From Actinomycetes bacterium (GTDB lineage: Bacteria; Actinomycetota; Acidimicrobiia; Acidimicrobiales; Palsa-688), in contig JAKCDU010000010.1 in the NCBI GenBank assembly GCA_021838445.1, forward strand, positions 386 to 64,385: a stretch of DNA of 64,000 nt, in the 5' to 3' direction. The position numbers and the translations under genes were made by a program. How positions within the stretch are numbered: the first letter of the stretch is position 1; every line of letters begins with the position of its first letter. The notes under the pieces were generated by a model. The model had not been told where the DNA came from. It did no database searches and saw only the letters and a list, made by a program, of their open reading frames with translations. Below are positions 28,676-38,200 of the stretch, in pieces.

Positions 28676-30250
28676 TCAGCAGTTGCTTCCGGGGGGGCCC
28701 GATGCTCCGGACCGGACGATCTCCACCGACACGCACTCCTGGCTCCCGGCTGGGACGGCGAGGACCAGGCTCTTGCTGGTGCCTTGGTCCTGGTAGGGGC
28801 CGTTGGACACCGACACGACGAACGTGTCGCCCGGCTCCGCCCCCGGGTCGGTCCAGGAGTAGTCGAGGTGGCCGGTGTCGACCCGCTTGGCGGTCACCAC
28901 CGGCGTGTTGGCGATCGGGGCCGCGGCGGTGGGTGCCGGCCCTGAAATCGTGGAGCTGGTGGTAGACGATCCTCGCGTGGAGCCGTTGGCCAGGACCAAA
29001 CCGACGCCGACCACAGCCGCGACCGCGACCACCGCAGCCCCGAAGAGCACCCAGCTCCTTCTCCCCGCCGGGGCCCGGGCCGGGGGCGCATCCACGGAAT
29101 GGGCGGGGACCGGCACCGCCCGGCGGACCGTACCGACCGCCTCGCTCTCGGCCGGCAGTCCCTGGCCGGTTCGTGGTGGCTTGGACGCGCCCGGCTGCTG
29201 CACCCTCTGGCGGGTCCGCTCCGACCCTTCCCCGGCCTGGGGCGCCACCTGCTGCACTCCCCTGGCCCCGGTGGCCGGGTCGTCGGCCGGGACCTGGGGG
29301 GAGACCCGCTGAGGACGTCTGCGTTGCGTCGCCGGGTTCTGGTCCCCATCGACCTCCGGCTCGGGGAGCGCTTGGTCGTCGTCGAGTAGGACCAGCGGCG
29401 TCGGAGCCAGCAGCAGTTCCCGCTCGACAGCCTGCAGTGAGCGGGCCAGTTCCAAGGCGCTCGCCGGTCGTTCAGCCGGGTCCTTGGCCATGGCGTTGGC
29501 CAGGACCCGCTCGAGGGAGGGGGGGACGTCGCCGCGTCCGGTGCGGGGAGGTGCCTGCTCCTTGATCCGCCGCAGCAGGGCCACCGTGGTGTTGTCACCG
29601 TCGGGCTGCTCGAACGGCGACCGCCCGGCCAGGAGGTGCCATAGGGTGGCCCCGAGCGAGTAGACGTCGGCGAGATGATCCCCCTGACTGCGACCGAAGA
29701 GGATTTCCGGCGGCGACCACGGGATCGACATGCCGTCGGCTTCTTCGGGACCCTCCTGGCCGACAGTGGTGGCGATCCCGAAGTCCGTCAGTCCCGGCTC
29801 TCCGTACTGACTGGTCAAGATGTTGGCCGGTTTGATGTCGCGGTGGAGGATTCCCGCTCGGTGGGCCGTCTCGACGGCCGAGGCGATACGCACCCCTATC
29901 TGCAGCACGTCCGGCACCGGGATGCGCTCGGCCCGGGCCCGTACCGCCAGGTTGCGTTGCGGGTAGTACTTCATGACCATGTACGGGCGTCCCCCGTCGG
30001 TCACGTCGCTGCGGAACACCTGGACGATGAAGGGGTGGTCGGCCAGTTCGGCCATGGCGTTGGCCTCGGCCGCGAAGCGCTCCCTCACGGCATCGCTCAA
30101 CCCGTCGCTGCGCAGGGCCTTGACCGCCACCCGCATCCGGGGCCGGGCCTGCTCGTAAAGGTAGACGTCGGCGAACCCGCCGCGGCCCAGCCCTTTGACG
30201 AAGGTCAGTCCGGGTAGGTCAGGTGCCGTTTCAGCGGTCACGTCAGCCAT
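28676..30250 (-). CDS. Hanks-type Ser/Thr protein kinase with one TM helix and a small extracytoplasmic domain
   Basis: Kinase motifs GRGGFADVY, VAVKAL, HRDIKPANIL and DFG. TM helix WVLFGAAVVAVAAVVGVGLVL. The C-terminal ~100 aa form a beta-rich domain with two Cys. Confidence 0.9.
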   Translation of the reverse strand: MADVTAETAPDLPGLTFVKGLGRGGFADVYLYEQARPRMRVAVKALRSDGLSDAVRERFAAEANAMAELADHPFIVQVFRSDVTDGGRPYMVMKYYPQRNLAVRARAERIPVPDVLQIGVRIASAVETAHRAGILHRDIKPANILTSQYGEPGLTDFGIATTVGQEGPEEADGMSIPWSPPEILFGRSQGDHLADVYSLGATLWHLLAGRSPFEQPDGDNTTVALLRRIKEQAPPRTGRGDVPPSLERVLANAMAKDPAERPASALELARSLQAVERELLLAPTPLVLLDDDQALPEPEVDGDQNPATQRRRPQRVSPQVPADDPATGARGVQQVAPQAGEGSERTRQRVQQPGASKPPRTGQGLPAESEAVGTVRRAVPVPAHSVDAPPARAPAGRRSWVLFGAAVVAVAAVVGVGLVLANGSTRGSSTTSSTISGPAPTAAAPIANTPVVTAKRVDTGHLDYSWTDPGAEPGDTFVVSVSNGPYQDQGTSKSLVLAVPAGSQECVSVEIVRSGASGPPGSNC

Positions 30251-30260
30251 GTCGCACCGC

Positions 30261-32033
30261 TCATGTCGCCACGAAGGTGAAAGTGATCTCGTCAGCGATA
30301 CTGACGACGGTTCCCGGCTCGATGGTGACGGCGTCGTTGGGTCGCAGGCGCTCCGGCGGCTGACCCGGTCTGGTGACGACCGTGCCGTTGGTGGAGTTGA
30401 GGTCAGCCACCAGCACGTGCCAGCCGTCGACGCGCACTTCGGCGTGGTTGCGGGATATGTCGTTGGCCACGCTGGGCAGCTTCACTATGTGGGGCCGCTG
30501 GCCGTCTATGAGATGGCCGACCGAGGGGCTGCGTCCGAGAAGCACGGAGCGATCCAGCACTATCTCGTCGCCGCTCGACATCTTCAGCACCCCGAGGACG
30601 GGGCGCGGCACGGTTACCGGTGACTGCTCGGGGACGGCTGCCCCGCACACCCGGCAACTGGTCTGGTGGGCCGGGTTTAGGTGGCCCGACATGCACTGCA
30701 CGGCGTGGACCGCCGGTCCCGACAGAGAGTCGGCGCTGGGGGCGGCCGAGTGCTGGACGAGGGAGCTGGCGGCGTTGCGCTGGACCGTGAAATCGTGATC
30801 CGGGGCGCCGATCTCGTCGACAGCCACCCCCGCCGACGGAGCCGATTGAGCCCATGGCACCGAATCGATCATCCCGGCTCTCGGGGCGGTGATCGGCGCG
30901 GCCGGCTGCGAGGGTGCGGGCGGGGTGGGAAGCAGGATCAGCGGGGGCGGAACCATCGGCGCTCCCGCGCTCGGCGACGGCGACGGCGACGAGCCGCTCG
31001 GTGGCAGCGACTCGATCAGCGAATCGAGCGGCAGTTCGGCGGTCCGGATGGCCGCCTCTTCCACGGTCCTGTTGACAGTGAGCCCGAAGAGGTGGTCGTA
31101 ACCGCCGCTGTCGTCGCTGTCGTCAGGCGCTGACGGGGCCACGGCCGCAGCGGCCGCCTGGACGCCGCGGTCCTCGCTCGGTTCCCCGGTCGGCCGGCCG
31201 GGAGCCGGTAGCGGACCGGGAGCCGGTAGCGGACCGGGCGCAGATGCGACGCGGTGCCCCCCGCCGGCCTCGACCGTGGACCCTCCACGCGTGTCGTCGG
31301 TGGCCACCAGGGTCTCCTCGGCCGAGGTGACCCTCGCCAACAAGGCAACGGTCCGGGGAGGCAGGCCGACCGGGTCCGACGGCACGACGGCACGACCCTC
31401 GGAGACCGCTGTGGGCGGCTGCGGCGCGGCGCCGGTCAAGGCCATCTCGCCCTGGGCGGTATCTTGCCCGGTTGTGTCGGTAGGCCCCTCCGAGGGATCG
31501 GCGGGAGGGGACACCTCGGGGGCTGGATCGGTGGCCTGGGACACCTCGGAGGCTGGGGACACCTGGGAGGAAGGAGGTGCTCCTAGCGCCCCGTTGGTCA
31601 CGACCAGAGCGCCGGCCGACACCACACCACCGGCCAGGGGGAGCGGTGAGACCGCCGCCAAGTCCCCCCGGTCGACCCGCAAGGAGGCCCGATCGGGGGC
31701 CACCGCCAGCCGGTAGACGGCCTGCCCCACCCCCTCGGGGCAGGTCAGCTCCGAGGTCGGCCCGGCTGTGTCGAGCCCGACGCGGGCCTGGCCGGCCAGG
31801 ATCACCACCGTCTCGTGGGCGGTCTCCACCACGGCGGCGAAGTCACCCGGACCGCTGTGGCGTATGAGGTCCTCGACTCCCGCCGGATCGGGTTGGTCTC
31901 GGAGCAGCTCCCACAGTAGGGAGACCGTCGACGACGAAGAGGGGAGGGTGCCGAGAAAGCAGGCCGTCCGGCCGGCGATACCGACGTGGGCACCGGGGTA
32001 GTAGGCCGCCGAACGGGCGGCGGGGTCAGGCAC
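30261..32033 (-). CDS. FHA-domain protein with a zinc-ribbon-like motif and a long Pro-rich linker
   Basis: C-terminal FHA: LLGRSPS..ISRNHAEVRVDGWHVLVADLNSTNGTVV. Zinc-ribbon-like motif: CMSGHLNPAHQTSCRVCG. The start is uncertain. I prefer GTG 32033, which overlaps the PP2C stop by 8 nt. The ORF-track start at 32117 would overlap PP2C by 92 nt. Confidence 0.8.
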   Translation of the reverse strand: MPDPAARSAAYYPGAHVGIAGRTACFLGTLPSSSSTVSLLWELLRDQPDPAGVEDLIRHSGPGDFAAVVETAHETVVILAGQARVGLDTAGPTSELTCPEGVGQAVYRLAVAPDRASLRVDRGDLAAVSPLPLAGGVVSAGALVVTNGALGAPPSSQVSPASEVSQATDPAPEVSPPADPSEGPTDTTGQDTAQGEMALTGAAPQPPTAVSEGRAVVPSDPVGLPPRTVALLARVTSAEETLVATDDTRGGSTVEAGGGHRVASAPGPLPAPGPLPAPGRPTGEPSEDRGVQAAAAAVAPSAPDDSDDSGGYDHLFGLTVNRTVEEAAIRTAELPLDSLIESLPPSGSSPSPSPSAGAPMVPPPLILLPTPPAPSQPAAPITAPRAGMIDSVPWAQSAPSAGVAVDEIGAPDHDFTVQRNAASSLVQHSAAPSADSLSGPAVHAVQCMSGHLNPAHQTSCRVCGAAVPEQSPVTVPRPVLGVLKMSSGDEIVLDRSVLLGRSPSVGHLIDGQRPHIVKLPSVANDISRNHAEVRVDGWHVLVADLNSTNGTVVTRPGQPPERLRPNDAVTIEPGTVVSIADEITFTFVAT

Positions 32034-32802
32034 GCAGGACCTCCCGGGGCACGGTGTCCTCGTCGGCCTCGCCACCGTTCGGTGTGGGTAGGCCGTCCAC
32101 GACCACGGTGGTGACATTGTCCCGGCCGCCGGCTTCGACGGCCGAGGCGACGAGGCGGTCGGCGGCGGCCTGAGGCTCGGACTCGGCTACGAGCGCAGCT
32201 TCGATTTCGTGGTCCTCGAGCTCGGTGGTCAACCCGTCGGAGCAGACGAGGAACCTTTCGGGAGGGCTCGGAGGAAACACCCAGGAGTCGACCTGAGGCG
32301 GTGGGAGGGTACCGAGGGAACGGGTCACCACGTTGCGGCGCGGGTAGCTCCTCGCCTCCAGGCGGGAGATCCGGCCAGCGAGCACCATCTCCTCGGCCTC
32401 GGAGTGGTCGACGGTCAGCTGGGCCAGTCGGCCCTCGGCCAGGCGGTACACGCGGCAGTCCCCTACGTTGAACACCTGCCAGTGTTCGGCGCCCCCGGCG
32501 CTGATCACCACCAATCCGGCGATGGTGGTGCCCATCCCGGCCATGTCCGGGTGGCCCTCTACCATCCGCAGAATGGCCTCGTTGGCTTCCACCAGCGCGT
32601 CGGAGGAGTCGTTGACATTCAGCGTCAACGAGCCGGTCAGGTGCTCGAAGCGCTCGACGGCGAGCCGGCTGGCGACATCGCCGGCGGCATGGCCGCCCAT
32701 CCCGTCGGCTACCACGAACACCGGTGGTACAGCAAAGAAACTGTCCTCGTTGACCGCCCGGACCAGGCCCCGGTTGCTGGCCGCCCCCCACTTGGAGATC
32801 AT
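32026..32802 (-). CDS. PP2C-family Ser/Thr phosphatase
   Basis: Motifs NEDSFF, ADGMGGHAAGDVAS, VCSDGL and GGRDNVTTVVVD. ATG 32802 (MISKWGAASNRG) has GGAG 6 nt upstream. The longer ORF-track N-terminus is Arg-rich and unlikely to be translated. Confidence 0.85.
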   Translation of the reverse strand: MISKWGAASNRGLVRAVNEDSFFAVPPVFVVADGMGGHAAGDVASRLAVERFEHLTGSLTLNVNDSSDALVEANEAILRMVEGHPDMAGMGTTIAGLVVISAGGAEHWQVFNVGDCRVYRLAEGRLAQLTVDHSEAEEMVLAGRISRLEARSYPRRNVVTRSLGTLPPPQVDSWVFPPSPPERFLVCSDGLTTELEDHEIEAALVAESEPQAAADRLVASAVEAGGRDNVTTVVVDGLPTPNGGEADEDTVPREVLRA

Positions 32803-32905
32803 CGTCGGCTCCGCCCGTCGGGCCCGGGGATGAGCCCTCGACGGACCCTCGACGGCTCGAGCCTCGAGGGCTCGGGCCGACCGGTGCCAGCGACGCGCTG
32901 GGAGG

Positions 32906-35146
32906 TCATCCGCTGCACGGCAGACGGGGGTCACAGCCACCCGGTGGGCTGGTGACGGGAGGAGGCGGAGGCGCGGTGACCGGCGCCGCCGTGACGGGTG
33001 GCACGTAGACGCTGGGCGGCACGTAGACGGTGGGCGGCACGTAGACGGTGGCCGGGGCGGGAGAGGGCGCCGTGGTGGGCGGAACTGTCGTGGGCGGAAC
33101 CGTCGTGGCCGGGACTGTCGTCGGCGGAACCGTCGTCGGCCGAACCGTCGTCGGCGGAACCGTCGTGAGCGCGACGGTGGTCGCGGGTGAAGTGGCGGCG
33201 GGTGCCGGCAGGGTCTGGGAGGTGTGGACGGTGGCGGAATGCCCCGAAGAGGTGACCGCCAGGACGGCGGCCGCGATCACGGCCAGTACACCGACCGAGC
33301 CGGCAATGGCCAGCAAGCGACGTCGCGATCCATGGTCGGTGGCAGGGACCTCCTGGGTCGGGGCGTAGCTGTCTGCGGCCGCGCCGGCGTCACCTAAAAG
33401 AGTCACCCCGTCCTGGTTGGGGTCGAGTACCAGGGCCCCCGCCTTGGCTGGCGGCTTCGCCGTCGGCACGTCCCGGCGGCGCAGGGTCTCTCCCATATCG
33501 CGGTCCGCACCGGCGGCCGGGTCCGCTTCATACAGGTCCCGCTGCTCGGGTCGGGCGAGGAAGGGACCGGCCGGAGCATCTGGTGCTGCCACGTCCGACC
33601 GTGCCACTCCGAACATCGAGGAAGGCTGCGACGTCGATGGCTGGGGCGCCGGAGTCGGTGACTGGGGCGCCGGTGGGTGCAGGGTCGGTTGCTCCCCGGC
33701 CGCTTCGGGCGCACCGCGCAGACGGTTCCGACGGAGGGTGCCCTCCTCGACATCGGATTCTGGCTCGACCGACGGCGACGTCCTCACCGTCGGCTCCTCT
33801 GCCAGGGGCATAGCCATGCGCCGCAAGGTCGCGCCGGGCTCAACCAGTTCGCCGGTGATCGCCGCCACCGGCCCCGTCACCGGGCCCGAACGGTCTTCTT
33901 CCTCGGAGTTCCCGGTGGTCCCGTTCCTCGCCGCCTCGGCTTCGGCGGAGGCAAGCCCGGTCGCTTCGGCGGTCTCGGTTTCAGCGGATGCAGGCTCGAC
34001 GGTCAGAGGTGGCCCAGGCAGCCCGTCCGCCCGGTGGAGCCCAGCCGCATAGGCGTCGCCCGGACGCGCCCGGAAGAGCGGGACGTCGGCGATCAGTTGC
34101 TCGGCGCCGATGGGCAGCTGTCCGCGCCGAACCGTCACCGACTCGTCGATCGGCGGGCCGCTTGCCTCCTCGCCCCTCGACGCCCCGCCCCCCTTCTGCT
34201 CGACGTCCGGTGTTGCCGGCGGAGCGCTCGATGCCACCGGGGTTCCGGGAACGTCGATCAGGGTCCTGGCCGTCATGTTGGTGACGGGACGTCCGACGTG
34301 GCGCTGCACCTCCTGCAGGCGGGCTCCGAGCTGCTCGGCCGACTGGGGCCGGTGCTCGGGTTCCTTGGCCATCCCGTCGGTCAGCACCCGGCACAGCTCC
34401 TCCGGTGCTGCGAACGGAAGCAGGTCCCTTGGCTCGGTGGTGAGGATGCGGTTGAGGAGGGGCAGAAGGGTCTCGTCGCCGTCGCGATGGAACGGCGACT
34501 TGCCGGCGATGAGGGTCGAGATGGTCGACGCCAGCGCCCACACGTCGGTCACCGCCGTCGCCGGGGCGCCCGAAACGGCCTCGGGAGCGGCGTGGGCCAG
34601 GCTGCCGGTAATGCTGCCCGACGCGGTGGCCGTCGCCGTTCCACCCCCCACGCGGGCCACACCGAAGTCGGCGAGCTGTGGTTCGCCGTAGCGGGAGATC
34701 AGCACGTTCTCCGGTTTGACGTCGCGGTGGAGGATTTCGATCGAGTGCGCTTCGGCCAGGGCCCCGCACAGCTTGATCCCGATGTCGATCGCCTCCTGCC
34801 AACCGATTCGGCCGTCTCTGGCGATCCGGTCGGCGAGGGTGCCTCCCGGGAGATAGTCCATGATCAGGTAGGGGCGACCGTCAGGAGTGATTCCGGCACT
34901 GTGCAACGTCACGATGTTGGGGTGTGCCGAAAGGGATCCGAGAGCCTGGCATTCCCGGTCGAAGCGGCGGCGGGCATCCTCGTCGAGCAGGGGCTCGTTG
35001 AGCACCTTCACCGCGACATCGCGCCGGTAGGCCGACTGCACCGCCCGGTAGACGACCCCGAACGACCCGCGCCCCACCGCCACTGCGCCACTTATGCCCT
35101 CGATGGGCAACTCGACTCTGGGAGAGGTGTCGGCCTGATTGCTCAT
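32906..35146 (-). CDS. Hanks-type Ser/Thr protein kinase with a long disordered linker, a TM helix and a Pro/Thr/Val repeat ectodomain
   Basis: Motifs GRGSFGVVY, VAVKVL, HRDVKPENVL and DFG. TM helix LLAIAGSVGVLAVIAAAVLAV. The C-terminus carries TTVPP and VYVPP tandem repeats. Confidence 0.9.
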   Translation of the reverse strand: MSNQADTSPRVELPIEGISGAVAVGRGSFGVVYRAVQSAYRRDVAVKVLNEPLLDEDARRRFDRECQALGSLSAHPNIVTLHSAGITPDGRPYLIMDYLPGGTLADRIARDGRIGWQEAIDIGIKLCGALAEAHSIEILHRDVKPENVLISRYGEPQLADFGVARVGGGTATATASGSITGSLAHAAPEAVSGAPATAVTDVWALASTISTLIAGKSPFHRDGDETLLPLLNRILTTEPRDLLPFAAPEELCRVLTDGMAKEPEHRPQSAEQLGARLQEVQRHVGRPVTNMTARTLIDVPGTPVASSAPPATPDVEQKGGGASRGEEASGPPIDESVTVRRGQLPIGAEQLIADVPLFRARPGDAYAAGLHRADGLPGPPLTVEPASAETETAEATGLASAEAEAARNGTTGNSEEEDRSGPVTGPVAAITGELVEPGATLRRMAMPLAEEPTVRTSPSVEPESDVEEGTLRRNRLRGAPEAAGEQPTLHPPAPQSPTPAPQPSTSQPSSMFGVARSDVAAPDAPAGPFLARPEQRDLYEADPAAGADRDMGETLRRRDVPTAKPPAKAGALVLDPNQDGVTLLGDAGAAADSYAPTQEVPATDHGSRRRLLAIAGSVGVLAVIAAAVLAVTSSGHSATVHTSQTLPAPAATSPATTVALTTVPPTTVRPTTVPPTTVPATTVPPTTVPPTTAPSPAPATVYVPPTVYVPPSVYVPPVTAAPVTAPPPPPVTSPPGGCDPRLPCSG
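33001..33167 (-). repeat. In-frame coding tandem repeats: 18 bp x3 (VYVPP[TSV]) and 15 bp x6 (TTVPP-like)
   Basis: gcacgtagacg recurs at 33001, 33019 and 33037. ggcggaaccgtcgtg-type 15-mers run head-to-tail from 33078 to 33167. Confidence 0.8.
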
Positions 35147-35242
35147 GTCACTCGACTGTCTGGATCCGATAGGCGCAGGTCGGGGGAATCCAATGGGTGC
35201 CGCCCGGCCCGGACGAGAGGACAGGCCGGGCGGCGCACCGGC

Positions 35243-38200
35243 TCAGTCGCCGGCCATGTTCTCCAGGGGCGCGTTCGGCGAGACGCTGACGCTGCCCCGG
35301 TAGGTGGCGTCACCGTACGCCTGCACCGTGCCGTCCCTGGCCAGGAGCCAGTAGCCCCCGCCGTCGAGGGTCGAGGTGATGGCCTCCCAGCTCTTGGTCC
35401 CGCCGGGCTCGAAGGCGCTGCCGTAGAACTTGGCGTCGCCGAAGGCGAACACGCCTCCATTCTGGGCGATGACCCAGTATCCGTTGCCCGATAGGTCTAT
35501 GGAGATACCGAGCACCGGCGACGTGGCGGCACAGACTCCGCAGTAGACGGGGAGGGAGCCGTGGAACTGGGCGTCGCCGAAGGTGAACACGCCACCGTCG
35601 GACCCGACCATGTAGTAGCCGCCACCGTCGCGGGTGGCATCGATGCCGACGATCGGGCCGACCAGCTTGATTCCGGCGAGTGACCCGTAGAACCTGGCGT
35701 CGCCGAAGGCGAACACGCCGCCGTCGCTGCTCACCAGCCAGTAGCCCCGACCACTCGGCGAGGCGGCTATGCCGACGATCTTGCTGTCGAGCGGGTAGCC
35801 GAAGGCGGATCCGTAGAATCCGGCATCTCCGTAGGAGAAGACGCCGCCATCGGCGGTGACCAGCCAGTAGCCCCGGCCCGTTGGGGTCGGTGCGATGGCC
35901 AGGACGGGAGATGCCAGAGGTGTGCCGGCGGCCGAGCCGTGGAAGGTGGCTGCTCCTTCGGTGAACACACCACCGTCAGTCCCTACCAGCCAGTAGCCGT
36001 CAGTGAGATTGTCGCTGATCACGGTATCGGCGGTGGCAGGCGCCCCGAGGGTGCCGTGGTCTACTCCCGTGAGGGCGAGCTGGAAGTACCGCAGCGTGCT
36101 GTGGGTGCTGCGGGTCAAGAAGTCGACGGTGATCGGTGCCGAAGTCGGATCGATACCGTTCGAGGGCTGGATGGTCACCTGTGATGTCTCGCTGGAGCAG
36201 CTGCTCCCACCGATGGTGCCGACCGTGAGAGAGAAGTCCACGTTGGGCTCTGCGCAGCTGGTGAACCCCGGTTGGCCTCCTGCGGTGTAAGTGACTGTCA
36301 GCGGAACGGCGACTTGCACCGGTCCGGAGTTACCGGGGGCCGGGCTCAGCTCCACCACGTAACCGTGGCTCCCCGCCTCGGCCGGGACGACTATCGCATT
36401 GTCTCCACTGCCCGACGGCTCGACCAGCGTGACGACCGGCGGAGCGACAGTCGTCGTTATGCTGCCGCTGACCTGGCCCGTCCCGGCTACCGATATCTGC
36501 GTGCCGTACGGACCGACCGGGCTGGTGAGCTGCACCGTGACCGGCAAAGCCGGGAAGTAGGCGTTGCGGATGACCGACGAGACGGCCACCGGGATGCTCG
36601 CCACCGATTGCCCGGCCGGTATGGTCACCGATCCGTTCGGGCTGCAGGTGATCACGGGGGACGGGAGGGGACAGCTCACCGTGTAGTTCACCTGGATGGG
36701 AGCCCCGGCGACCACCGGGTTGCTCGAGGCGTCGGTCAGAGTGAGAGGGAAGTTCATGGTGCCGCCGGCTGGGAGCACGACCGAGTTCGGGCTGCCCACT
36801 GTGATGTCGAGGCCCGGCGGCGGGCTGACCTCGCTCACGATGTCAGCGGTTGCGGCGGCCGCTGCGGGTAGGGCCACGTCGCCGGTGGTCGGTGAGCCGA
36901 GGCTGAGCGACACGAGCGGCCCTGGGTCGAAGTATCCGTCGGTGTTCTGAACCACCTTGACCGCCAGGGCGAACGGGGACGTACCCGACAGGGTGGTGGT
37001 CTGCAGGGTACAGGTCAGATACGACGGGCACGACAGGCTGTAGGCGCCAATGCCATAGGTGGTGGGCGACTGGGTGACGGGGTCGCTCGGAATGGTGAGC
37101 GGACTGCCCGACGCCGTGGCTGCGACGCTGAAATCGACGATGCTGCCCCCTCTGGCGATCTGCACCGGCGTCGCCGGTGGGCTGAGCAGCGCGCTCGGCG
37201 TGGTCAGCGTGATGGGGGCGGTCGAGGTCGAGATCGCCGGGGTGGCGGTGTCGGTGGCGGTGATCGTCGAGCCGGTCTGGTAGAGGGTGAACCCGCCGGG
37301 GGCGGTGCCAGGTGTGAAGACGTGGCTCCCGCCGTCAGCCGCGGTGAAGGCGAAGTCAGCCGGTAGTTGGGTGGGGGTCGAAGTGGAGGTGAAATGGACG
37401 GTTCCGGTGTAGTTCGGAGTCACGTTCCCGTAGGCGTCCACGGCGGCGAGGGTGAGGGAGAAGGCGTTCCCGGCCACCTCGGCGGGGACGGGACTCGGCG
37501 CGAAGCTGAAGCCCGCCGTGGCCGCCGCAGCGACCGTGATGGGACCTGTGTTGCCGGTGAGGCTCAGGGTGGAGTCGGTAGCCGTGACGTGCTGGAGCCC
37601 GGCGGTCTCGAGAGCGAAACCGCTGAGGTGGGCGTCGCCCTTGTCGGTGCTGGTGAAGGTGTAGGCCGCTGACGGGAACACCGCCTTGGCGTCAGACGAG
37701 CCGAAGGTGACCGTTCCGGCGTAGTTGACGTCCACTGTGCCGTCGGCGTACTCAGCCTTCAGTTCCAATGGAAAGGTCGTCCCGGCGGTGGCGGTCGCAG
37801 GCGGCGCGACGAACACCAGCTGTGTCGGGTCCGCGGTGGATACGTTCACCGTGGCGCTGCCAGCGATCGAGCTGGTTACGGTGTCGGTCGCCGTGACGGT
37901 CTGGTTGCCGGTGGTCTGCAGCTTCACGCCGGTGAATGCGTGGCTCCCATTGTCGCCAGCCACGAACTGGTAGTCAGGGGGTAGGACCACCGAAGCGGCC
38001 GTGTCCGAGGAGGTGAAGTGGATCCTACCGGCGTAGGCGGGAGTGAGGTTGGCGTAAGCGTCCATGGCCGTCACCGTCACCCCGAACGCGGTGTTCGGCG
38101 CCGTCGAGCTGGGCGCTGTGACGGCCAGTTTGGTGGTGGGTCCCGGCGACACGGTGATCGGCGTCGTCGTTCCAGTGATCGACGCAGTGGCCGTGTCGGT

